DNA of 64,000 nucleotides from Escherichia coli (GTDB lineage Bacteria; Pseudomonadota; Gammaproteobacteria; Enterobacterales; Enterobacteriaceae): NCBI RefSeq assembly GCF_050920415.1, contig NZ_CP169309.1; one strand, 5' to 3'. Shown piece by piece: positions 50,478 to 64,000 of this stretch (position 1 is its first letter; each line of letters starts with the position of its first letter). The notes under the pieces were generated by a model. It saw only the letters and a program-made list of their open reading frames with translations, ran no database searches and was not told where the DNA came from. The position numbers and the translations under genes were made by a program.

Positions 50478-51263
50478 CTACTGATAGCGATTCACCAGAT
50501 CTTTAACCACTGCTGCGTACGTTTTCTGCTTAAGTTGTGAAATCTGCTGTTCTGCCACATCAAGGCTGTCAGAATTTTTATTCCCTATCTGCGGAAAAAT
50601 CACTTTCGATTCATAATTCACAGGCGACCAGGTAGCCCACTCACCTGTAGCCACATCCACCAGCGTGAATCGAACCAAATAACGCAGTGACATCGTGTCA
50701 GTCAATTTTTGATTTTTATAATCTGACCAAACTATTGATTTCAATCCAGAGTCATATTTTCCTGTCTGCAACGTATCCTGGAAAACAATAATCGCTTTCT
50801 GATGGCCTTTTGCCGCAACAAAACGTAATGCCTGCATCCAGTTCATATTTTCGGCATCTACAACATCCAGACTTTCATCTTTGTTTTTGTCTTTATTACA
50901 AGTTACAGGTTTTTGCCTGTCAGGAATGCCAGAAAATGTGGCAACTGTATAATATTTTCTCATCTCCTCCTGCATAATGGTTTCCGGTGCGCGACTGCCA
51001 GACTGAACAAGTATAACGGGAGAATTAAGAGGCACACGAAACTCATCTCCTTCAAGCGCAGCTTGAATATCCTCCTCGGATACAGCCAGTGTGGTTTCAT
51101 TACCATATAAATCTTTGTCTGTTAGTTGCTGGGGAACGTTTTTATTAATAGAACTTTGTGCGGTTTGAGTTTTTTTCTTTTTTTCATCAATAGGAGATTC
51201 AGAGGCACATCCTGCAAGCAGCGAGAATAATACACATATACAACAACCCCTTCTTAAATTCAT
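50478..51263 (-). CDS. yafT: Lipoprotein YafT
   Basis: 261 aa, lipobox LLAGCAS; adjacent to aspV as in K-12. Confidence 0.8.
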   Translation of the reverse strand: MNLRRGCCICVLFSLLAGCASESPIDEKKKKTQTAQSSINKNVPQQLTDKDLYGNETTLAVSEEDIQAALEGDEFRVPLNSPVILVQSGSRAPETIMQEEMRKYYTVATFSGIPDRQKPVTCNKDKNKDESLDVVDAENMNWMQALRFVAAKGHQKAIIVFQDTLQTGKYDSGLKSIVWSDYKNQKLTDTMSLRYLVRFTLVDVATGEWATWSPVNYESKVIFPQIGNKNSDSLDVAEQQISQLKQKTYAAVVKDLVNRYQ

Positions 51264-51533
51264 AATCGGACACTCCCTCGCCTGTCATAATCATGGTAAT
51301 GTTTAGCTAACGATTTTTAATTATATACTCCACTTGAATCAGAACAAACAAAAATAACAGCAAATATAAATTCATTAAATCAATAGAAAAATGAAAATCA
51401 TAACATGCAAATATATTTAAATTGAATGATTCGATAGTATGATTAAATATTAATGATATGGTCTACCATATGTGATTAACACATTTACAGCATAACAAAA
51501 TCATAGACCGAAGAAATAGCGGGATTTAAATGC

Positions 51534-51563
51534 AAAAAAACCGCAAAATTAAAAATCTTGCGG
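51534..51563 (-). terminator. Rho-independent terminator downstream of aspV
   Basis: ccgcaa...ttgcgg hairpin followed by a T-run on the minus strand. Confidence 0.6.
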
Positions 51564-51592
51564 TTCTCTGAACTCATTTTCATGAGTGAATT

Positions 51593-51669
51593 TGGCGGAA
51601 CGGACGGGACTCGAACCCGCGACCCCCTGCGTGACAGGCAGGTATTCTAACCGACTGAACTACCGCTCC
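51593..51669 (-). tRNA. aspV: tRNA-Asp (GUC)
   Basis: Reverse complement matches the E. coli tRNA-Asp sequence GGAGCGGTAGTTCAGTCGGTTAGAATACCTGCCTGTCACGCAGG...CCGCCA. Confidence 0.95.
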
Positions 51670-51801
51670 GCGTTGTGTTCCGTTGGGAACGAGGCGAATA
51701 TTACGGATTGCCTCCCCCTTCGTCAATGGTTTTTCTCATCTTTTGAATCGTTTGCTGCAAAAATCGCCCAAGTCACTATTTTTATCGCCTTTCACAGATA
51801 A

Positions 51802-52533
51802 TTAAGCCCGCCAGAGGCAGCTTCCACCCTTCTTCTGCACCAGATCAAGACGGGCTTCATGTGCTGCAAGCTCTTCATCTGTCGCAAAAACAACGCGTAA
51901 CTTACTTGCCTGACGCACAATGCGCTGAATTGTTGCTTCACCTTGTTGCTGTTGTGTCTCTCCCTCCATCGCAAAAGCCATCGACGTTTGACCACCGGTC
52001 ATCGCCAGATAAACTTCCGCAAGGATCTGGGCATCGAGTAATGCCCCGTGCAGCGTTCGTTTACTGTTATCTATTTCGTAGCGGGCACATAACGCATCGA
52101 GGCTGTTGCGCTTACCGGGAAACATTTTCCTCGCCACCGCAAGGCTATCGGTGACCTTACAGAAGGTATTGGTCTTCGGAATATCGCGCTTAAGCAACGA
52201 AAACTCGTAGTCCATAAAGCCGATATCGAACGCTGCGTTATGGATCACGAGCTCCGCGCCGCGGATATAGTTCATGAACTCATCGGCTACCTCGGCAAAC
52301 GTGGGCTTATCGAGCAAAAATTCATCGGCAATACCATGTACGCCAAAGGCTTCCGGATCCACCAGCCGATCGGGTTTGAGATAAACATGGAAGTTATTGC
52401 CCGTCAGGCGACGGTTCACCACTTCAACGGCACCAATCTCAATGATCTTGTGGCCTTCATAGTGCGCACCAATCTGGTTCATACCGGTGGTTTCGGTATC
52501 GAGAACGATCTGGCGTGTAATTGCAGTGCTCAT
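51802..52533 (-). CDS. dnaQ: DNA polymerase III epsilon subunit (3'-5' proofreading exonuclease)
   Basis: [19 protein letters not shown]... 243 aa. Confidence 0.95.
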   Translation of the reverse strand: MSTAITRQIVLDTETTGMNQIGAHYEGHKIIEIGAVEVVNRRLTGNNFHVYLKPDRLVDPEAFGVHGIADEFLLDKPTFAEVADEFMNYIRGAELVIHNAAFDIGFMDYEFSLLKRDIPKTNTFCKVTDSLAVARKMFPGKRNSLDALCARYEIDNSKRTLHGALLDAQILAEVYLAMTGGQTSMAFAMEGETQQQQGEATIQRIVRQASKLRVVFATDEELAAHEARLDLVQKKGGSCLWRA

Positions 52534-52597
52534 AGCGGTCATTTATGTCAGACTTGTCGTTTTACAGTTCGATTCAATTACAGGAAGTCTACCAGAG

Positions 52598-53065
52598 ATG
52601 CTTAAACAGGTAGAAATTTTCACCGATGGTTCGTGTCTGGGTAATCCTGGACCCGGGGGTTACGGCGCTATTTTACGCTATCGCGGACGCGAGAAAACCT
52701 TTAGCGCTGGCTACACCCTCACCACCAACAACCGTATGGAGTTGATGGCCGCTATTGTCGCGCTGGAGGCGTTAAAAGAACATTGCGAAGTCATTTTGAG
52801 TACCGACAGCCAGTATGTCCGCCAGGGGATCACTCAGTGGATCCATAACTGGAAAAAACGTGGCTGGAAAACAGCAGACAAAAAACCAGTAAAAAATGTC
52901 GATCTCTGGCAACGTCTTGATGCTGCATTGGGGCAGCATCAAATCAAATGGGAATGGGTTAAAGGCCATGCCGGACACCCGGAAAACGAACGTTGCGATG
53001 AACTGGCTCGTGCCGCAGCGATGAATCCCACACTGGAAGATACGGGCTATCAAGTCGAAGTTTAA
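52598..53065 (+). CDS. rnhA: Ribonuclease HI
   Basis: [23 protein letters not shown]... 155 aa; divergent from dnaQ. Confidence 0.95.
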   Translation: MLKQVEIFTDGSCLGNPGPGGYGAILRYRGREKTFSAGYTLTTNNRMELMAAIVALEALKEHCEVILSTDSQYVRQGITQWIHNWKKRGWKTADKKPVKNVDLWQRLDAALGQHQIKWEWVKGHAGHPENERCDELARAAAMNPTLEDTGYQVEV

Positions 53066-53784
53066 GCCTGTGGTTTACGACATTGCCGGGTGGCTCCAAC
53101 CGCCTGGCGAATTCGTGGCTTGTTTTTACTCTGTTTCATCGGATTTAGCGTTAAAGGAATAGTCCGTTTCCGGGCGACAATAAGTTGTAAGCAACCAAGC
53201 GCAGGAATATGCGCATTCAATAGTTTTCCACCGTGTTTGTTCCACGGGAGAACGTGGAAACGGCTGGCGTGCAGCACTTCAAAATTCAACAAAGAGAGCC
53301 AGTCCAGTTGCCGCATCAGAGTAAACATCCGGCTGTTATAGGGCGATGTTTTTCGCAATACCGGCACAAGTTTGCGTAATCCCATTAAACTGATGGGATT
53401 GAAGCCGCTAATGACCAACCAGCCATCATCAATCAATACCCGATCGGCTTCACGTAATAATCGATGCGGATCGGTGCACCACGGCAATGTATGTGCCAGT
53501 AGACAAACATCAACGGATTTATCGGCAAAAGGAAGATGAAGTGGGTCCGCCTGCACCTGGACGGGCATTCCTTGCGCAGAAACATTCACTTGATGAGAAA
53601 CCGCGCACGCTTCGCAATTGATTTCTGCGCTTAAATTGCCAATCTTAAGCAGATGAAAACCATACATTTTAGTGAACCACGGGTTGAGCTGGCGCTCCAG
53701 CGCTTTGCGATAAAGCTCTCCCCAGGGCAAATCGCCCCAGCAATCAGGAGCCACGACAGTTTGAGGGACTCTTGCCGGTTTCAT
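53062..53784 (-). CDS. yafS: SAM-dependent methyltransferase YafS
   Basis: Position and length match K-12 yafS; methyltransferase-fold-like sequence. Confidence 0.8.
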   Translation of the reverse strand: MKPARVPQTVVAPDCWGDLPWGELYRKALERQLNPWFTKMYGFHLLKIGNLSAEINCEACAVSHQVNVSAQGMPVQVQADPLHLPFADKSVDVCLLAHTLPWCTDPHRLLREADRVLIDDGWLVISGFNPISLMGLRKLVPVLRKTSPYNSRMFTLMRQLDWLSLLNFEVLHASRFHVLPWNKHGGKLLNAHIPALGCLQLIVARKRTIPLTLNPMKQSKNKPRIRQAVGATRQCRKPQA

Positions 53785-53814
53785 CACAACCTTCCGTTTC
53801 ACACTGAGAGGTAA

Positions 53815-54573
<759 letters not shown>

Positions 54574-54644
54574 TAAAACTTTCTTGTCATCGGCTCCGTT
54601 CGCCGTTATGATCGGTCGTCTTTTAAGCAACTATTGACACACAC

Positions 54645-56003
54645 ATGAAGGCAAAAGCGATATTACTCGCCTCTGTCCTGCTCGTGGGTTGCCAGAGTAC
54701 CGGCAACGTTCAACAGCACGCACAGAGCCTTTCTGCAGCTGGTCAAGGGGAAGCAGCAAAGTTTACAAGTCAGGCACGATGGATGGACGATGGGACGTCT
54801 ATCGCGCCAGATGGTGACTTGTGGGCTTTCATTGGCGACGAGCTAAAGATGGGAATTCCGGAAAATGACCGGATTCGCGAACAGAAACAGAAATATTTAC
54901 GCAATAAGAGCTATCTCCACGATGTAACTTTACGGGCAGAGCCGTATATGTACTGGATAGCCGGGCAAGTTAAAAAACGTAACATGCCTATGGAACTGGT
55001 ACTACTACCCATAGTGGAGAGCGCTTTTGATCCTCACGCGACGTCTGGCGCCAATGCCGCAGGCATCTGGCAGATCATTCCGAGCACGGGGCGCAATTAT
55101 GGTTTGAAACAGACCCGCAATTATGACGCGCGTCGCGATGTTGTTGCTTCAACGACTGCCGCGCTGAACATGATGCAGCGTCTGAACAAGATGTTTGACG
55201 GCGACTGGCTTCTGACCGTAGCGGCTTATAACAGCGGCGAAGGTCGGGTCATGAAGGCAATTAAAACGAACAAAGCGCGTGGGAAATCCACGGACTTCTG
55301 GTCATTACCATTGCCGCAGGAAACGAAGCAATACGTGCCTAAAATGCTGGCATTGAGTGATATTCTCAAAAACAGCAAGCGTTATGGTGTACGTCTGCCA
55401 ACGACTGATGAAAGCCGTGCTCTGGCGCGTGTGCACCTGAGCAGCCCGGTTGAAATGGCGAAGGTTGCAGATATGGCGGGGATTTCCGTCAGCAAGCTGA
55501 AGACATTCAACGCTGGCGTGAAAGGCTCCACGCTGGGCGCAAGTGGCCCGCAGTACGTGATGGTGCCAAAGAAGCATGCAGATCAACTGCGTGAATCTCT
55601 GGCTTCTGGCGAAATTGCTGCCGTACAGTCGACACTGGTTGCCGACAATACGCCGCTTAACAGCCGTGTTTACACCGTACGCTCTGGCGACACGCTTTCA
55701 AGCATCGCTTCACGTCTCGGCGTTAGCACCAAAGATTTGCAGCAGTGGAACAAACTGCGCGGATCTAAGCTGAAGCCAGGCCAAAGCTTGACGATTGGCG
55801 CAGGTAGTAGCGCACAGCGGTTGGCAAACAACAGCGATAGCATTACTTATCGTGTGCGCAAAGGCGATTCGCTTTCAAGCATTGCTAAACGCCACGGCGT
55901 GAACATCAAAGATGTGATGCGCTGGAACAGCGATACTGCGAATCTGCAACCAGGCGATAAGCTGACGTTGTTTGTGAAAAACAACAACATGCCAGATTCC
56001 TGA
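54645..56003 (+). CDS. mltD: Membrane-bound lytic murein transglycosylase D
   Basis: 452 aa, lipobox LLVGCQS, SLT domain, C-terminal LysM repeats. Confidence 0.95.
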   Translation: MKAKAILLASVLLVGCQSTGNVQQHAQSLSAAGQGEAAKFTSQARWMDDGTSIAPDGDLWAFIGDELKMGIPENDRIREQKQKYLRNKSYLHDVTLRAEPYMYWIAGQVKKRNMPMELVLLPIVESAFDPHATSGANAAGIWQIIPSTGRNYGLKQTRNYDARRDVVASTTAALNMMQRLNKMFDGDWLLTVAAYNSGEGRVMKAIKTNKARGKSTDFWSLPLPQETKQYVPKMLALSDILKNSKRYGVRLPTTDESRALARVHLSSPVEMAKVADMAGISVSKLKTFNAGVKGSTLGASGPQYVMVPKKHADQLRESLASGEIAAVQSTLVADNTPLNSRVYTVRSGDTLSSIASRLGVSTKDLQQWNKLRGSKLKPGQSLTIGAGSSAQRLANNSDSITYRVRKGDSLSSIAKRHGVNIKDVMRWNSDTANLQPGDKLTLFVKNNNMPDS

Positions 56004-56017
56004 CAAACCAGATAATA

Positions 56018-56048
56018 AAAGGCACCGATTCCCCCGGTGCCTTTTTTA
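56018..56048. terminator. Rho-independent terminator after mltD (bidirectional with convergent yafE)
   Basis: ggcaccg-attccc-ccggtgcc hairpin plus TTTTTTATTT. Confidence 0.7.
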
Positions 56049-56049
56049 T

Positions 56050-56820
56050 TTATGCTGCTTTATGTGCTTCTACCATGATGATATCACTGGTGAAAGAGCC
56101 ATCATTCTGCAAGGCAAAATACGTTTTCACCTCTGTCGATGCGCTCTGTTGGTAAATGCGAATAGCGTCTACTAACGCTTCTTGCGTACGCATTCTCGCG
56201 ACCCATGAAGAAAATTCCAGCGGTAACTTATCTGTAATTAAATTATCAACTATCAGATTGGCTTCATTGATTAACGCCAACCACTCACCGCAGGCGTAAT
56301 TACGCACATGTGATGTATCGCGTAACGCTTCTACCGTCTGTAACCAGATATCACGTACCGGATGTCCTGGCGACATGATGTCCATCACAATCAGCATACC
56401 GCCGGGCTTCAATACCCGATTCACTTCGCGCAGTGCTGCGCCGACATCATGCCAGTGATGGGCAGAATAACGGCTGATAACAATATCAAAGGCGTTATCG
56501 GCAAATGGCAGACTTTCGGCATATCCCTGGCGGGTGGTGATATTTTTCAGTTGCCGGGCTTCGGCAGCTTGTGCCACGACATCCAGCATTTGGGCAGATA
56601 AGTCATACGCCACCACCGCGCTCACGTTCTGCGCAGCGACAAAGCTGGCATGCCCTGCTCCGCAGCCCATATCAAGTACACTTGCATCAGGATAATCAGC
56701 CAGACGCTCCGCCAGGCGCTGTAAATCTCGTCCGGATGTATGTACGGTACTGGTCAGATATTCGCTGGCTTGAGAGCTAAACTGCTTTTCTACGTGGTCA
56801 TGGTGGGATTGTGTTGTCAT
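56050..56820 (-). CDS. yafE: SAM-dependent methyltransferase YafE
   Basis: 256-aa ORF with methyltransferase motif VLDMGCGAGH; true start may be internal. Confidence 0.8.
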   Translation of the reverse strand: MTTQSHHDHVEKQFSSQASEYLTSTVHTSGRDLQRLAERLADYPDASVLDMGCGAGHASFVAAQNVSAVVAYDLSAQMLDVVAQAAEARQLKNITTRQGYAESLPFADNAFDIVISRYSAHHWHDVGAALREVNRVLKPGGMLIVMDIMSPGHPVRDIWLQTVEALRDTSHVRNYACGEWLALINEANLIVDNLITDKLPLEFSSWVARMRTQEALVDAIRIYQQSASTEVKTYFALQNDGSFTSDIIMVEAHKAA

Positions 56821-56897
56821 TGCGCTGTCCTTTTGTTATTTGAGTATAAAAGGGCAGCGCCAAACGTTGGTCTGCCCTGTGGCAGACCTGACATACC

Positions 56898-57749
<852 letters not shown>

Positions 57750-57938
57750 CTACTGTTATAGGGATTTTAGCTCACTCTTTCAACGAGCAATTGTATATTG
57801 TTATGTAAGCAAGTGCTTACACCGGTCAGAAATTTGCTCATTATTGAGAATATTAAATCGGATGACATATCACGCATCCTGATGGTTTAATGACAAATAA
57901 ATTCAAAATATCTCATCTATTTTGCAACAGGAGCAAAA

Positions 57939-58853
57939 ATGAAAGCCACGTCGGAAGAACTCGCCATTTTTGTTTCGGTCGTCGAAAGCGGCAGCTTTAG
58001 CCGGGCAGCGGAACAATTAGGGCAAGCAAACTCAGCGGTAAGCCGGGCGGTGAAAAAGCTGGAGATGAAACTTGGCGTTAACCTGCTTAATCGGACCACG
58101 CGGCAACTTAGCCTGACAGAAGAAGGCGAGCGTTATTTTCGCCGCGTACAGTCAATTTTGCAGGAGATGGCAGCGGCAGAATCAGAAATTATGGAGACGC
58201 GTAATACACCGCGTGGACTGTTACGGATCGATGCCGCAACTCCAGTGGTGCTGCACTTTCTGATGCCGTTAATTAAGCCTTTCCGTGAACGCTATCCGGA
58301 AGTTACTTTATCGCTAGTCTCCTCCGAAACGATTATTAATTTGATCGAAAGAAAAGTGGATGTCGCGATACGCGCTGGTACGTTAACGGATTCCAGCTTA
58401 CGTGCCAGGCCATTGTTTAACAGTTATCGAAAAATTATCGCCTCCCCTGATTATATTGCCCGCTACGGCAAGCCAGAAACTATTGACGATTTAAAGCAAC
58501 ATGTTTGCCTGGGATTCACTGAACCCGCGTCTCTCAATACCTGGCCAATAGCCTGTAGTGATGGGCAATTACATGAAGTGCAGTACAGTTTGTCATCTAA
58601 TAGTGGCGAAACGCTGAAACAGCTTTGCCTGAGTGGCAACGGGATTGCGTGTTTGTCCGACTATATGATCGACAGAGAAATCGCTCGCGGAGAATTGGTG
58701 GAGTTAATGGCAGACAAAGTGTTGCCAGTGGAAATGCCATTCAGTGCAGTCTATTACAGCGACCGTGCGGTAAGTACGCGCATCCGGGCTTTTATCGATT
58801 TCCTTAGCGAGCATGTAAAAACAGCTCCCAGAGGAGCTGTCAGAGAGGCTTAA
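57939..58853 (+). CDS. yafC: LysR-family transcriptional regulator YafC
   Basis: 304 aa, N-terminal HTH (...[23 protein letters not shown]...). Confidence 0.9.
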   Translation: MKATSEELAIFVSVVESGSFSRAAEQLGQANSAVSRAVKKLEMKLGVNLLNRTTRQLSLTEEGERYFRRVQSILQEMAAAESEIMETRNTPRGLLRIDAATPVVLHFLMPLIKPFRERYPEVTLSLVSSETIINLIERKVDVAIRAGTLTDSSLRARPLFNSYRKIIASPDYIARYGKPETIDDLKQHVCLGFTEPASLNTWPIACSDGQLHEVQYSLSSNSGETLKQLCLSGNGIACLSDYMIDREIARGELVELMADKVLPVEMPFSAVYYSDRAVSTRIRAFIDFLSEHVKTAPRGAVREA

Positions 58854-59653
58854 TCCCATTCAGGAGCTAGACCTTCCGGGCTAACCAGGCGGTCGTTGCA
58901 ATCCAGTGCGGCGATCGCTTTTTTATCTTCGGCATCAAGCTGTAAATTTTGTGCCTTAAGATTACTCTCCAGGTTTTCACGTTTAGTAGAAGAAGGAATT
59001 ACTGAGTAACCTTCCCCCATAGCCCACGCCAGAATCACTTGTGCCGGAGTCGCATTGTGTTTAGCTGCAATACGAGCAATAACCTCATCTTTCAGGGCAT
59101 TCCCATATGCCAGCGTCATATAGGAAGTAATATGGATGCCGTGCTGTTTAGCCCAATCGACTACTTTACGGTTTTGCAGATAAGGAGAGAGTTCAATCTG
59201 GTTGGTAGCGATATTTTCAGCGCCAACAGCAGCAATCGCTTTTTCCATCAATGGGATCGTGAAGTTGGAAATACCGATCTCACACGTCAGACCTTGTTTT
59301 TTGGCTTCCAGCAGCGCCTGCATAAACTCTTCAACAGAGACTTCATCGTTTGGTGACGGCCAGTGGATTAGCGCCAGATCAACATAATCGGTACGCAATT
59401 TTTGCAGACTCTCTTTCAGACTCGGGATCAGTTTGTCTTTGCTGAGATTTTCAATCCAGATTTTAGTGGTGATATAGAGTTCATTACGAGGCACGCCACT
59501 TTCTGCAATCGCCTGACCTACTGCGGCTTCGTTATCATAGATTTGTGCGGTATCAATTGCGCGATAACCAAGTTCAAGCGCCGTTTTCACAGATGAAATA
59601 ACAACGTCGTCTTTCAGACGAAAAGTACCTAAACCAAATGCAGGGATAGCCAT
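58850..59653 (-). CDS. dkgB: 2,5-diketo-D-gluconate reductase B (aldo-keto reductase)
   Basis: 267 aa AKR-family sequence. Confidence 0.95.
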   Translation of the reverse strand: MAIPAFGLGTFRLKDDVVISSVKTALELGYRAIDTAQIYDNEAAVGQAIAESGVPRNELYITTKIWIENLSKDKLIPSLKESLQKLRTDYVDLALIHWPSPNDEVSVEEFMQALLEAKKQGLTCEIGISNFTIPLMEKAIAAVGAENIATNQIELSPYLQNRKVVDWAKQHGIHITSYMTLAYGNALKDEVIARIAAKHNATPAQVILAWAMGEGYSVIPSSTKRENLESNLKAQNLQLDAEDKKAIAALDCNDRLVSPEGLAPEWD

Positions 59654-59772
59654 AATATGCCTCTTTTAATGCTATGTTCGTTAACTGAGATGATTATGGA
59701 CTTTAGACTGTTGCGGAAAAAGGGCATAAAATGCAGAGGATTTTTGCGATTTTGGCAATAATAGAAATACAG

Positions 59773-59803
59773 ACGAAAAAAAACCTCGAGCGTTAACTCG
59801 AGG
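59773..59803 (-). terminator. Rho-independent terminator at the end of the rrnH operon (after aspU)
   Basis: cctcgag-cgttaa-ctcgagg hairpin with T-run on the minus strand. Confidence 0.65.
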
Positions 59804-59815
59804 CTTCTTAATAAG

Positions 59816-59892
59816 TGGCGGAACGGACGGGACTCGAACCCGCGACCCCCTGCGTGACAGGCAGGTATTCTAACCGACTGAACTACCGCTCC
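59816..59892 (-). tRNA. aspU: tRNA-Asp (GUC), distal gene of rrnH
   Basis: Identical to the aspV sequence at 51593-51669. Confidence 0.95.
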
Positions 59893-59944
59893 ACCGAATT
59901 CTTTTACAACCACCGGTTTTATGACCGGCTTACTGCTTAATTTG

Positions 59945-60064
59945 ATGCCTGGCAGTTCCCTACTCTCGCATGGGGAGACCCCACACTACCATCGGCGCTA
60001 CGGCGTTTCACTTCTGAGTTCGGCATGGGGTCAGGTGGGACCACCGCGCTAAGGCCGCCAGGCA
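59945..60064 (-). rRNA. rrfH: 5S ribosomal RNA
   Basis: Reverse complement matches E. coli 5S (TGCCTGGCGGCC...AACTGCCAGGCAT). Confidence 0.95.
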
Positions 60065-60157
60065 AATTCTGTTTCATCAGACCGCTTCTGCGTTCTGATT
60101 TAATCTGTATCAGGCTGAAAATCTTCTCTCAATCCGCCAAAACACCTTCGGCGTTGT

Positions 60158-63058
<2,901 letters not shown>

Positions 63059-63241
63059 TCACAACCCGAAGATGTTTCTTTCGATTCATCATCGTGTTGC
63101 GAAAATTTGAGAGACTCACGAACAACTTTCGTTGTTCAGTGTTTCAATTTTCAGCTTGATCCAGATTTTTAAAGAGCAAAACTTCGCAGTGAACCTTTGC
63201 AGGTACACTCTGAAGTATTTTTTATTTAATCACTACAGAGA

Positions 63242-63317
63242 TGGTGGAGCTATGCGGGATCGAACCGCAGACCTCCTGCGTGCAAAGCAGGCGCTCTCCC
63301 AGCTGAGCTATAGCCCC
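63242..63317 (-). tRNA. alaV: tRNA-Ala (UGC), rrn spacer
   Basis: Reverse complement GGGGCTATAGCTCAGCTGGGAGAGCGCCTGCTTTGCACGCAGGAGGTCTGCGGTTCGATCCCGCATAGCTCCACCA. Confidence 0.95.
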
Positions 63318-63359
63318 ATAACATGTAGTTAAAACCTCTTCAAATTTGCGGTGCAAATT

Positions 63360-63436
<77 letters not shown>

Positions 63437-63504
63437 GTAGAGGTTTTACTGCTCATTTTCATCAGACAATCTGTGTGAGCACTGCAAAGAACAGTTCTTT
63501 AAGG

Positions 63505-64000
<496 letters not shown>

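Overview
Escherichia coli chromosomal window, in reverse orientation relative to the K-12 map, running from the Flag-2 lateral flagellar locus to the rrnH operon. All calls are from reading the sequence and ORF track against remembered protein families; no database search was run. Layout: (1) 1-7210, Flag-2 genes: a partial sigma-54 activator (lafK-like, minus) divergent from lfiM-lfiN-lfiP-lfiQ-lfiR-lfhB-lfhA, with lfhA full length. (2) 7294-7942, a HicA/HicB-like toxin-antitoxin pair. (3) 7999-15435, core genes yafL, yafK, yafJ, gmhA, fadE, ivy, yafV, with no dinJ-yafQ between yafK and yafL. (4) 15436-51592, a ~36 kb island between yafV and yafT/tRNA-Asp(aspV). It holds decayed H-repeat (ISAs1-family) fragments, two hypothetical genes, a group II intron with a frameshifted reverse transcriptase, and a type VI secretion system. 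The T6SS has a minus-strand hcp-vgrG-DUF4123-immunity x3-Tle1-like lipase module and a plus-strand core operon tssB-tssC-tssE-tssF-tssG-tagH-tssJ-tssK-tssL-clpV-vasI-tssA-tssM-vasL-hcp. The vgrG spike gene is cleanly split by an IS21-family element with a 4-bp target duplication, and that element's istA and istB are themselves frameshifted. (5) 51593-64000, aspV, dnaQ, rnhA, yafS, gloB, mltD, yafE, yafD, yafC, dkgB, then aspU, 5S, 23S, tRNA-Ala, tRNA-Ile and the 3' part of 16S. The most interesting material is the T6SS island: the IS-broken spike, the tandem mosaic immunity array, and the imperfect second copy of the yafV 3' end at its inner edge. No CRISPR array or prophage was seen.
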